Assembly (NCBI GenBank): GCA_018267385.1
Contig: JAFDYN010000009.1
Span: 225,959 to 289,958 of the forward strand
DNA: 64,000 nucleotides
Source: Bacteroidota bacterium
GTDB taxonomy: Bacteria; Bacteroidota; Bacteroidia; Chitinophagales; LD1
Reading direction: 5' to 3'
Shown here: positions 9,401 through 17,994 of the stretch, in pieces
Layout of the letters: every line of letters starts with the position of its first letter
Position numbering within the stretch: position 1 is the stretch's first letter
Made by a program: the position numbers and the translations under genes
The notes under the pieces: model-generated
Told to the model about the DNA's origin: nothing
The model's database searches: none
Seen by the model: only the letters and a program-made list of their open reading frames with translations

Positions 9401-10690
9401 ATGTCTTTGAAGATATATCTGGCAAATGACCTACCAGGTAGGCATTTCATTCACTATACGCTTCAGTTGATAGCATTCAATAAAGGCGTGGCTTTCACCT
9501 ATACAGAAAACCCCGCCGATGCTGATCTTAGCATAGATGACCAGTTAGAATCTGGTATTCTCCACTGTCCCTCCTTTTACCAATATTTAACCAGTAAGGA
9601 CTATGTAGCACTAAAAGATCTGGCAAAAGGGTCTTATCACTTCTACAGCCCCACTGGCAGTCAGGATCTGCTCGCTGGCATCTTCTATCTGGTCAATGCA
9701 CTTCAGGAGTATGGCATCACTGGGTTTGACCAGTATGGGCGTTTCCCATTCAAAGATAGCCTGCAGCACCGCACTCAGACCCTGCATGACAATCTGGTGC
9801 AGCAGCTGATGGACGATTTCATGTCCTCCCACCCTGCGCTTGCCAGGCTTAAGACCAACAAAAGGAAGTCAGCATTCTTCCTCACACATGATATAGACAC
9901 GATATACGGTGCCAAAAACCAGAACGGCGACTACGCCCTCAAAACACACCGGTATCACAAGATACCCGGACTACTCTGGCGCCATTATACAGGCCAGCCT
10001 GACTGGCTGAATATGGACCGGATCATGGATCTTGAGGAGAGGTATGGCTTCAAATCATCTTTCTTCTGGCTGGTGCGCCAGGATAAAAAAAATGCAGACT
10101 ACAACATTCTGGACAAGAAAATAGCTGCACAGGTATCGCGGATTCACTACCGCGGTTTTGAAAATGGGTTGCACAAATCTATCGACATAGAGGCCATGGC
10201 GGATGAAGTAGCAAATTTGTCCCTCGTCGGCACCACGCAGGGGCAGCGCTATCACTTTCTAAAGTTTAATCTACCTACTGCTTGGAATGAAATAGAAGGG
10301 GCTAAATTACTTCTTGATACATCCCTCGGCTTCTCCGAAGATTTTGGATTTCGTAATAGCTATGGCCTTCCCATTATGCCATATCATGTGACCGAAGATC
10401 GGGTCTGTGACCTGATAGAAGTGCCTATGAATGTCATGGACGGCAATTTCTTCTATCAGGGCAAAACTGTAAAACAAGCAGAGAAGGAATTAATAAGCTG
10501 GCTGGACGCCAATAAAGAGAATACAGTCGTTACGATCAATTTCCACAACAATTTTTTCGATGATATGCTCTATGCTGGTTACGAGCAGTTATATGAGGTA
10601 TTGCTCATGTATTTTAAAGAAGAAAAATGGCCCTGTATGACACAGGCCTCCCTCCTTTCTGAGTATTACAGGCCGGACTTATTCAAATAA
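9401..10690 (+). CDS. Hypothetical protein, possible polysaccharide-deacetylase-like (CE4-fold) enzyme
   Basis: About 429 aa from the ATG at 9401. FFLTHDIDTIYG, GLHKS, GQRYHFLKF and DTSLGFSEDFGFRNSYGLP resemble deacetylase-type metal and substrate motifs. The family call is tentative. Confidence 0.45.
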   Translation: MSLKIYLANDLPGRHFIHYTLQLIAFNKGVAFTYTENPADADLSIDDQLESGILHCPSFYQYLTSKDYVALKDLAKGSYHFYSPTGSQDLLAGIFYLVNALQEYGITGFDQYGRFPFKDSLQHRTQTLHDNLVQQLMDDFMSSHPALARLKTNKRKSAFFLTHDIDTIYGAKNQNGDYALKTHRYHKIPGLLWRHYTGQPDWLNMDRIMDLEERYGFKSSFFWLVRQDKKNADYNILDKKIAAQVSRIHYRGFENGLHKSIDIEAMADEVANLSLVGTTQGQRYHFLKFNLPTAWNEIEGAKLLLDTSLGFSEDFGFRNSYGLPIMPYHVTEDRVCDLIEVPMNVMDGNFFYQGKTVKQAEKELISWLDANKENTVVTINFHNNFFDDMLYAGYEQLYEVLLMYFKEEKWPCMTQASLLSEYYRPDLFK

Positions 10691-10723
10691 AAAAAGGGTG
10701 CAGCTTCAGGCAGCACCCTTTTT
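10691..10723. terminator. Bidirectional rho-independent terminator between convergent genes
   Basis: AAAAAGGGTGC-N11-GCACCCTTTTT. A 6-bp GC stem (10696-10701 / 10713-10718) is flanked by an A-run and a T-run. Confidence 0.7.
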
Positions 10724-10735
10724 GATATCACGAGG

Positions 10736-13700
10736 TTAGTCTTTTATAAACCTTTTCGTCAGCGAAGAGCCATTGCTCAGTCGGGCTGAGACAAAGTATA
10801 TCCCGGCAGCATATGCCGATACATTGACATTTACATCAGCATCAGGTTTTCTATCCGTTTTATACACTACTTGCCCCAGATCATTGTAGATAGAGATCCC
10901 ATCTATCTTTGTTGGATCACTCAATATGATCGCGATGGTACTATGGGCAGGATTGGGCACCACCTCAAATCCTGTCTCAGTTATATTCTCTATGCCGGTA
11001 CATTCGGATGTAGTTATCTTTTTAGTAGCGATGGTAGTACATCCGGCCCTGTTTTGTACTGCCAGGGTATAGACCATTGTATTGAGCGGGGTCGCAGTGA
11101 CAGACGGTGTATTCGTAGCATTCAGGAATGTAGATGGCGACCAGCTATATACAGCACCAGCTACGGCAGGTGCTGTCATAATCACAGCATGACCGCGACA
11201 CACCATTGTATCATTGCCTAGAGATATAGCTGTGGTGCTATCTACCACCACATTGACAGTATCTGATGCGGTATTGCCACAGTAGTCACGTACTGTCACA
11301 TAATACTTGCCTCCGCCATATGCAGTATAAGTGGAGTCTGTAGACCCATCCTGCCATCTGTATGAGCGGAATCCTTCATGCGCATTCAGCACTGTGACAC
11401 CAGCATAGCATTCAGTCGTGTCTGGTCCCAGATTGAGGCTGGCACTGCGCAGGTTATGTATGATGATCGTGTCAGAGCCTGCATTGCAGGTGTTAGAGAC
11501 ATTTACTGCCAGTTTGACTACACCACTGCCGGTGAAATGCAAAGTCACATTACTATCAGTCTGAGCTGATACCGTAGCGCTGCCACTGATCACATTCCAT
11601 CTGGTGATAGCCTCGCAGCTACGCTCTGCTATCAGGCTATATATCTGGTCCTGCACAGGGCTGCATATAGAGTCTGGCCCATCTATCTGCACACCATGGA
11701 TAAAGTAGTTCTGCATGAAACAGGGCAGGCCAAAATTACAGTATCCCGTACCGAGGTTAAGCGCATTCCTGATAAAGCCGCAACCAGCCCCCCTCGCATC
11801 AGGGTAAGACAAAGCCCCAATATATTGCGAATGGGTAGCAGCGCTGGAGCTGCCGATAGCCACATACAGTTTGCCATTTGTCGCATTCTGCAGGGTAGAA
11901 TACATATATGGAGAGAATATAGAATCTACAGTATACCTGGAGGCAGAGAGGCTCGCTGATGTAGTCTGTGACATATCAAACTGATAGAGTCGTGACGTCG
12001 AGTATTCGCTGGATATATATAGTAGTTTGCCATTCGGAGAAAACTCCGCACCATAGATAATCCCACCGGTGTTAGGTACTGTGATAGTGAGCGGATTGCT
12101 AAACACACCTGTGCTGTTATTGAAATTTTCTATATCCACCTTAAAGCTATTGGCAAGCACAGTGGCTATTTTTTTTCCATCAGCAGAAAACTTCATCCAT
12201 CCAGCTCCGTCATATCCTGATGTACTACTAAAAGTAGTACCCACAGATGATGAAACAGGAGTGGAATGCAATCCGGTAGAGTCGATCAGATAAGAATAGT
12301 AGGTATTATTAGCCATCAGGTGTGTAGCAATCCAGATGCTCTTGTTGTCACAATGGCGGGTAGCAGCTACTTTTTCGCTCGCCTGGTTTACATTCAGGAG
12401 CTGTACATTTTTGTTTGCCACATCTACATCTCCCATACCATAATTCAGGCGCATATCTACTATAGTATACCAGAGTCCCATAGACTGCAGATAGTCAGTA
12501 CTACCTACGGTAAAGATATAGTACAAAGCGGCATTGCCCGGATGTGGCACTATCAGACAGGTACCGCTGGAGTTGGTTCCCGTCAGTCCAGTACCGTTAG
12601 CCATTACCTGATTATTACGATTCCACACAGTAGAACCATCAGTGTAGAAAAGAAGGTTACCATTTGCATCAGTAGCAGTAGCTGATGCATCATCACGATA
12701 TACCAGTGAGTTATTGATCACCACAGGCGGTTCTTTGTTAAAGTCGACCCCGGCATTATAGCCAAAGTACCAGAGGTTAGCCGGCTTTACGCTGCACGCG
12801 CTACAATGGCAGGCCGGATCTATACAGTCAAATAGATTATTGCCATCATCATCTGCATCATTATCACATATCTCCACACACGGATTGCAAACAAACATGC
12901 GGAAAGAATCTACATTGCTACAATACGAATTAGATGCGATCAGCCTCACCCAGTAGATACCATTCGCAGGGAAAGTATAAGTTGCATTGGCCGTAGTGGC
13001 AAACTGTGTTCCGTTCATAGTCCACTGATAGCTCGTAGCCCCGGTACTATTGCTCGTAAAGGCAATGGAGGTATTGGGTCCTACAGCGGCAGGATAGCCA
13101 GTATACGTCAACGCGGCATGAGCTGAGCACGTCACGATGATCGTGTCCAGTTTCTGGTCATAGCAGTTGGGGTCAGCATTATTAGCCGTCAGCTGGATCA
13201 CATAGGTGCCGGGCGCGGTGAAGGTATAGATAGGACTGTTAGCTGATGAGAAATTATTACCATTGGCGGCCCATGTATAGCTCGTAGCATTAGTGGAGGT
13301 ATTGGTGAAGGTCACTGCTGTACCCGTAGTGACAGTATGTGTAGAAGCTGTAAAACTTGCCACTGCCGGACTCGTACAAGGACTCAGACATGACCGGCAC
13401 GCCAGCATACCGGCGCGAACGTTGTCCAGCGTCCAGTGCATGCGGTCACTCTGCCCCTGCGTAAAGACAGAATAGCAATGAAAGTCGCCATAGTCCATAT
13501 AATCCTGAAAAAGGTCAGGCTGATCCGTCGTAAATCCGGAGAGCGCATCTGTGGAGCAGGAGTTTGGCGCAGCAGAGCACGGCACGGCAGCAGTAGAAGC
13601 ATCAGGTGGCGTATCACAGACATGGTCGCCGTCATTCAGGCAATTATTATTCGTACAGCCTCCCTGGAATGTATGGTACAGTCCCAGATAATGGCCCACC

Positions 13701-14389
13701 TCATGAATATGGACACCTGATGCCGCGTGACTACTGCCAAACCATCTCGCCTCGGCCACAAGGCCATCTATATTGCTGCCGGCTGCACTGGGAAAGTAGG
13801 CATAGCCCGCTACCCCACACCCCGCACTATTACTGCATATCTCTTTTACCAGCCACATATTCAGGTAGCAGGATGGCGACCACCTGTTCAGATTCTTCAC
13901 CGACAGGTCATCTGTTTCCAATGTCATATTTGTATAGGTCGAGACATCGCGGGTGATGCCGGTAGTGATATTACCACTCGGATCCCTTTTGGCCAGGCAA
14001 AATTGCACCCGCGTATCCACGCCGGTGGTAGAGTCATAATATCCGATATTAGCATAGGCATCATTCAGGTCCTGTATGCCCTGGATCACCGTCGCGTCAC
14101 TGATATTCTCTGTTCCATTATTATGTATGATATGCACCACTACAGGTATCACGTACAGCGCGGTCGGACTCGTACTCCTAGGGCGCTGAGCAGAGCGTGC
14201 CGTCATATCAGATGCATAGGCGCTATCCAGATACTTCTGTCGACCTGCCAGCTCCGGGTGCATGGTAGCAAGAAGGTCATCCAGATGTCCATAGTCAACA
14301 CAATATGGACTAGTGGTAGAGGGCAAGTCCTGTGCCTGGAGAGCACCAAAACAAAACAATACCAGGAAGGTTAATAGGATAGCTTTCAT
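10736..14389 (-). CDS. Secreted multidomain zinc metalloprotease (M43 pappalysin/cytophagalysin-like) with PKD-like repeats and a T9SS C-terminal sorting domain
   Basis: 1217 aa with a signal peptide. Zinc site HEVGHYLGLYHTF followed by a Cys-rich segment, repeated PKD-like modules (FTASTHTV...YTWAANG), and an acidic Ca-binding-like CDNDADDDGNNLFDC. Large beta-rich central region. The C-terminus (VVPNPAHSTIAI...GIYFVSARL...KRFIKD) is typical of a type-A Por/T9SS CTD. Confidence 0.85.
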   Translation of the reverse strand: MKAILLTFLVLFCFGALQAQDLPSTTSPYCVDYGHLDDLLATMHPELAGRQKYLDSAYASDMTARSAQRPRSTSPTALYVIPVVVHIIHNNGTENISDATVIQGIQDLNDAYANIGYYDSTTGVDTRVQFCLAKRDPSGNITTGITRDVSTYTNMTLETDDLSVKNLNRWSPSCYLNMWLVKEICSNSAGCGVAGYAYFPSAAGSNIDGLVAEARWFGSSHAASGVHIHEVGHYLGLYHTFQGGCTNNNCLNDGDHVCDTPPDASTAAVPCSAAPNSCSTDALSGFTTDQPDLFQDYMDYGDFHCYSVFTQGQSDRMHWTLDNVRAGMLACRSCLSPCTSPAVASFTASTHTVTTGTAVTFTNTSTNATSYTWAANGNNFSSANSPIYTFTAPGTYVIQLTANNADPNCYDQKLDTIIVTCSAHAALTYTGYPAAVGPNTSIAFTSNSTGATSYQWTMNGTQFATTANATYTFPANGIYWVRLIASNSYCSNVDSFRMFVCNPCVEICDNDADDDGNNLFDCIDPACHCSACSVKPANLWYFGYNAGVDFNKEPPVVINNSLVYRDDASATATDANGNLLFYTDGSTVWNRNNQVMANGTGLTGTNSSGTCLIVPHPGNAALYYIFTVGSTDYLQSMGLWYTIVDMRLNYGMGDVDVANKNVQLLNVNQASEKVAATRHCDNKSIWIATHLMANNTYYSYLIDSTGLHSTPVSSSVGTTFSSTSGYDGAGWMKFSADGKKIATVLANSFKVDIENFNNSTGVFSNPLTITVPNTGGIIYGAEFSPNGKLLYISSEYSTSRLYQFDMSQTTSASLSASRYTVDSIFSPYMYSTLQNATNGKLYVAIGSSSAATHSQYIGALSYPDARGAGCGFIRNALNLGTGYCNFGLPCFMQNYFIHGVQIDGPDSICSPVQDQIYSLIAERSCEAITRWNVISGSATVSAQTDSNVTLHFTGSGVVKLAVNVSNTCNAGSDTIIIHNLRSASLNLGPDTTECYAGVTVLNAHEGFRSYRWQDGSTDSTYTAYGGGKYYVTVRDYCGNTASDTVNVVVDSTTAISLGNDTMVCRGHAVIMTAPAVAGAVYSWSPSTFLNATNTPSVTATPLNTMVYTLAVQNRAGCTTIATKKITTSECTGIENITETGFEVVPNPAHSTIAIILSDPTKIDGISIYNDLGQVVYKTDRKPDADVNVNVSAYAAGIYFVSARLSNGSSLTKRFIKD

Positions 14390-14446
14390 AAATATTTTAA
14401 TTGACCAAAACTGAATTGAAGTTTAGTCAAATATATGACTAATAAT

Positions 14447-14731
14447 TTAGTCTGTTAGTTGCTTTAGAAATGTAGCATAGGTATCGAGTGTACCTTCATT
14501 CAGAGAGTAGTAATGGTTTCTTCCCATCTTCTTCTGCACGATCAGGCCCGCCTCCAGCAGTATCTTGATATGATGCGAGATAGACGGCTGCGCCAGGTCT
14601 ATAAAGCTCTGGATCTCTGAGCACTGTCCGAGGCCCTCACTTTGAGCGATATATTGCAAAATCTTGAGCCTGTTGGCATCGCCTAGGGCTTTAGAAACTT
14701 TTTCTACGGTGGGTATCCTGTGAGGTGCCAT
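14447..14731 (-). CDS. ArsR/SmtB-family transcriptional regulator
   Basis: 94 aa winged HTH (LGDANRLKILQYI...LAQPSISHHIKILLEAGLI). Confidence 0.88.
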   Translation of the reverse strand: MAPHRIPTVEKVSKALGDANRLKILQYIAQSEGLGQCSEIQSFIDLAQPSISHHIKILLEAGLIVQKKMGRNHYYSLNEGTLDTYATFLKQLTD

Positions 14732-14833
14732 GCATTGGTAAATAAACCAACGCTAACATATAAATTACGATTGATATGTTTTTAACGGTATATAGGCATG
14801 AATCGGCATTTGATTGAATTCACCTGCCGTTTA

Positions 14834-16420
14834 CTAAAACGGAACGAAATCGTCTTCCGGCCCCGCAAAGTCATCCTTATTGTGCTTCTTCTCCGCGTCA
14901 AACTCATCATTCATCTTGGATTGTATCTTCTTGAAGATACGCTTCTCTCCTCCTGCCTGCACTTCGATGATCGCATCATCCTTCTGGAATTCATCAAAGT
15001 CTGCAAACTTGGCAAAGCGGTCTATGAATCGTGCCTTTACCGTCTTAAGAGGTCCGTTACGGTGCTTGGCTATGATGATCTCCGCTATACCTTTCAGGTC
15101 CATGCCATCCTCATCGGTCAGGAGCCCGTAGTACTCTCCACGGTAGAGGAAGATCACGATATCCGCATCCTGCTCTATCGCTCCTGACTCACGGAGATCA
15201 GAGAGGATCGGCTTCTTGGAGCCACCACGGGTTTCCGTAGCGCGGCTCAGCTGAGAGAGGGCTATGACCGGCACATTGAGTTCCTTGGCCAGGCCTTTCA
15301 GAGAGCGCGATATTTGCGATATCTCCTGCTCTCGGTTGCCACCGCCTTTGCCCTCACTGGTACCGCTCATCAGCTGCAGGTAGTCTATGATGATCATCTG
15401 GATATCGTGCTTCTGCTTGAGCTTACGACATTTTGAGCGCAGCTCAAATATGTTGATGCCCGGTGTATCATCTATGAAGAGCTGCCCCTTACTCAGAGAA
15501 TCTATCTTGGATGTGAGCTGTTGGAATTCATGCTTCTCCAGGCTACCTCTTCTGATCTTTTCGGCTGGTATCTCAGACTCCATAGAGATGAGACGCTGTA
15601 CGAGCTGATTGCCACTCATTTCAAGTGAGAAGAATGCCACCGGTTTTTTATAATCCACGCTACTGTTTCGCGCCAGCGCCAGCGTAAAGGCTGTCTTACC
15701 CATACCCGGGCGGGCAGCCACGATGATAAGGTCGGACTTTTGCCAGCCACCGGTAGCCCTGTCCAGCTCCATAAATCCCGTAGGCACACCATTGAGGTGT
15801 TCATCGTTATTCATGCGCACGTCTATCTCCTCTAGTTCCTTGCGGATGATGGAGGCGATATCCATACTGCTCTTCTTGGCATTATTCTCAGAGATGAGCA
15901 TGAGGTTGCTCTCGGCTTTATCAAGCAGCTGAAATACATCTGCGCTATCCTCATAGGCCTCTTTGATCGTCTCACTGCTGGAGGATATCAGCATGCGCTG
16001 TATATACTTCTGAGATACGATACGGGCATGGTATTCCAGGTTGGCCGCTGAGCCCACCTTATTGGTCAGCTGGGCGATGTAATAAGCACCACCCACGGCC
16101 TCCAGATCACCATTCTTGCGCAGCTGCTCGGTCACTGTGAGCAGGTCTACAGGAGACTCTGTCAGGTAGAGTTGCTTCACAGCTTTATAGATCCTCCTGT
16201 GTGCATCCACATAAAATGCATCCTCCTGCAGGAACTCAATGACGTCGTCTATAGCATTGTCCTCTATCATGATGGCGCCCAGCACTGCCTCCTCAAAGTC
16301 GCGCGCCTGGGGTGGCAGCTTGCCAAACTCGCCAGCGGTAGCATCAATATTATTAGCGCCTGAGCGGCGGTTCACTGCTTCAAATTTCCGTTTGGTGCCG
16401 GTATCCAGTTGGTCAGCCAT
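14834..16420 (-). CDS. dnaB: Replicative DNA helicase DnaB
   Basis: 528 aa. N-terminal DnaB domain (PPQARDFEEAVLGAIM) and Walker A ARPGMGKTAF in a RecA-like C-terminal domain. The acidic C-terminal extension is common in Bacteroidota. No intein. Confidence 0.96.
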   Translation of the reverse strand: MADQLDTGTKRKFEAVNRRSGANNIDATAGEFGKLPPQARDFEEAVLGAIMIEDNAIDDVIEFLQEDAFYVDAHRRIYKAVKQLYLTESPVDLLTVTEQLRKNGDLEAVGGAYYIAQLTNKVGSAANLEYHARIVSQKYIQRMLISSSSETIKEAYEDSADVFQLLDKAESNLMLISENNAKKSSMDIASIIRKELEEIDVRMNNDEHLNGVPTGFMELDRATGGWQKSDLIIVAARPGMGKTAFTLALARNSSVDYKKPVAFFSLEMSGNQLVQRLISMESEIPAEKIRRGSLEKHEFQQLTSKIDSLSKGQLFIDDTPGINIFELRSKCRKLKQKHDIQMIIIDYLQLMSGTSEGKGGGNREQEISQISRSLKGLAKELNVPVIALSQLSRATETRGGSKKPILSDLRESGAIEQDADIVIFLYRGEYYGLLTDEDGMDLKGIAEIIIAKHRNGPLKTVKARFIDRFAKFADFDEFQKDDAIIEVQAGGEKRIFKKIQSKMNDEFDAEKKHNKDDFAGPEDDFVPF

Positions 16421-16707
16421 GTTCTATTTTCTCCTAAATATTTGCGGGGGTGCAAATGTTCATTTTAGCCATCATTTATTATAGTATAAGTTCGGAATAA
16501 TTTCTGAACCCGCCACCCACACACTGCACCTTAAAATGTTCACAATCCGGTCGTGGAACCTAGTGGAAACGCCAATTAGAATCAGTGCAGTGTGAATAAA
16601 TTGTAAAGGCATTATTTGGAGAATGAGAAATGAATCTGTATATATTAAAGGAGATTTATACGCGCTGGCCTGTGTTTTTGCACTAGCTTCGCAGCAAATA
16701 GAAATGA

Positions 16708-17265
16708 ATGGCGCTCACCCCTTCTCAGATGATTGATCTCGGCTCCTCTGCCCCCACCTTTTCTCTGCCCGATACGATAAGCGGTCAGACTTTGTCACTG
16801 GAATCGCTGAAAGGTGAAAAGGCTACGGTCATCATGTTCATCTGCAATCACTGCCCCTACGTCAAACATATCAATCATCAGCTCGTTCAGCTCGCTAATG
16901 ACTATAACGCCAAAGACATTTCTTTCATTGCTATCAGCTCCAATGATGTGACTGCTCATCCGGAAGACTCTCCCGAAAACATGAAGCGCGTAGCCGGTGA
17001 TTTACACTATCCCTTTCCCTATCTCTATGATGAGTCACAGGCAATGGCCCGCGCCTACGAGGCCGCTTGTACGCCTGACTTCTTTATATATGACAGGGAT
17101 TTGAGACTCGTCTACCGCGGCCAGCTGGATGACTCACGCCCCGGCAATCAGATACCTAATGATGGAAAGGATATGCGGGCAGCGCTCGATGCGATACTGA
17201 ATGGTGACAAACCTTCACCCCGCCAGCGCCCGAGTATAGGCTGTAATATCAAGTGGAAAAAATAG
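16708..17265 (+). CDS. Thioredoxin-fold thiol-disulfide oxidoreductase (AhpC/TSA-like)
   Basis: 185 aa with a CNHCPYV (CxxC) redox motif in a thioredoxin-like fold. Confidence 0.85.
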   Translation: MALTPSQMIDLGSSAPTFSLPDTISGQTLSLESLKGEKATVIMFICNHCPYVKHINHQLVQLANDYNAKDISFIAISSNDVTAHPEDSPENMKRVAGDLHYPFPYLYDESQAMARAYEAACTPDFFIYDRDLRLVYRGQLDDSRPGNQIPNDGKDMRAALDAILNGDKPSPRQRPSIGCNIKWKK

Positions 17266-17268
17266 GAA

Positions 17269-17964
17269 TTAATCCTCAGGCTCAGATTCTGACTCCGGCT
17301 CATCATCAGCGTCATCATCATCTGGCTCAGTGGCCTTGGCAGTATCAGCGCCTGCCTTGCCCCGGCTGTGAAAGTCTTTGTTAGCCTCCTCTATAAATTT
17401 GAGCAGTATCTCTTTGCCCACCTTCTTTTCAGATGAGGTCACAAACATATCGGGCAGGTCGTCCCATGTCTCTTTCAGCGCATTTTTGAAATTTTCTATG
17501 TTGATGAGCATCTCCTTGCCAGCAGGCTTATCGGCCTTGGTAAAGACTATGACAAACGGGATGTTTTTCTCTCCCAGCCAATTGATAAACTCCAGGTCTA
17601 TAGCCTGTGGCGGGATGCGTGAGTCTATGAGCACAAAGACATACTGTAGCTGCTCGCGAAACTCCAGATAATTATAGATCATCCCCTTCCACTTAGCGCG
17701 ACTATCCTGAGAGACACGCGCATAGCCGTAGCCGGGCAGATCCACGAGGTGCCAGCTATGATTGATCACAAAGTAGTTGATCGTTTGAGTCTTGCCCGGT
17801 GTAGCAGAGGTTTTAGCCAGCCCCTTATGATTACAGATATAGTTGATAAGGCTTGACTTGCCTACATTGGAGCGGCCTATCATGGCATACTCCGGCATGA
17901 ATGAGTTGGGACACTTTTTGACATCTACGTAGGTAGCTACGTATGCTGAATTTTTCACCTCCAT
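17269..17964 (-). CDS. engB: Ribosome-biogenesis GTPase EngB/YsxC/YihA with acidic C-terminal tail
   Basis: G1 GRSNVGKSSLIN, G3 DLPGYGYA, G4 TKADK. About 35 extra C-terminal residues end in PDDDDADDEPESESEPED. Confidence 0.92.
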   Translation of the reverse strand: MEVKNSAYVATYVDVKKCPNSFMPEYAMIGRSNVGKSSLINYICNHKGLAKTSATPGKTQTINYFVINHSWHLVDLPGYGYARVSQDSRAKWKGMIYNYLEFREQLQYVFVLIDSRIPPQAIDLEFINWLGEKNIPFVIVFTKADKPAGKEMLINIENFKNALKETWDDLPDMFVTSSEKKVGKEILLKFIEEANKDFHSRGKAGADTAKATEPDDDDADDEPESESEPED

Positions 17965-17994
17965 ATGCGGTGAAGATATTAAATAGCCGCTAGA

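Noticed and set aside
9336-9425. 30-codon N-terminal extension of the asparagine synthase ORF
   Set aside because: Ntn glutamine amidotransferases require Cys as the first residue after Met removal, and MCGIAGF at 9335 fits. The extension would also overlap the divergent neighbour.
16553-16570. Link between the GTGGAAC words upstream of dnaB and the GTGGAAC/GTTCCAC repeats at 59.9 kb
   Set aside because: A 7-mer is expected several times by chance in this window. Without a longer shared context, the resemblance is not evidence of a common regulator.
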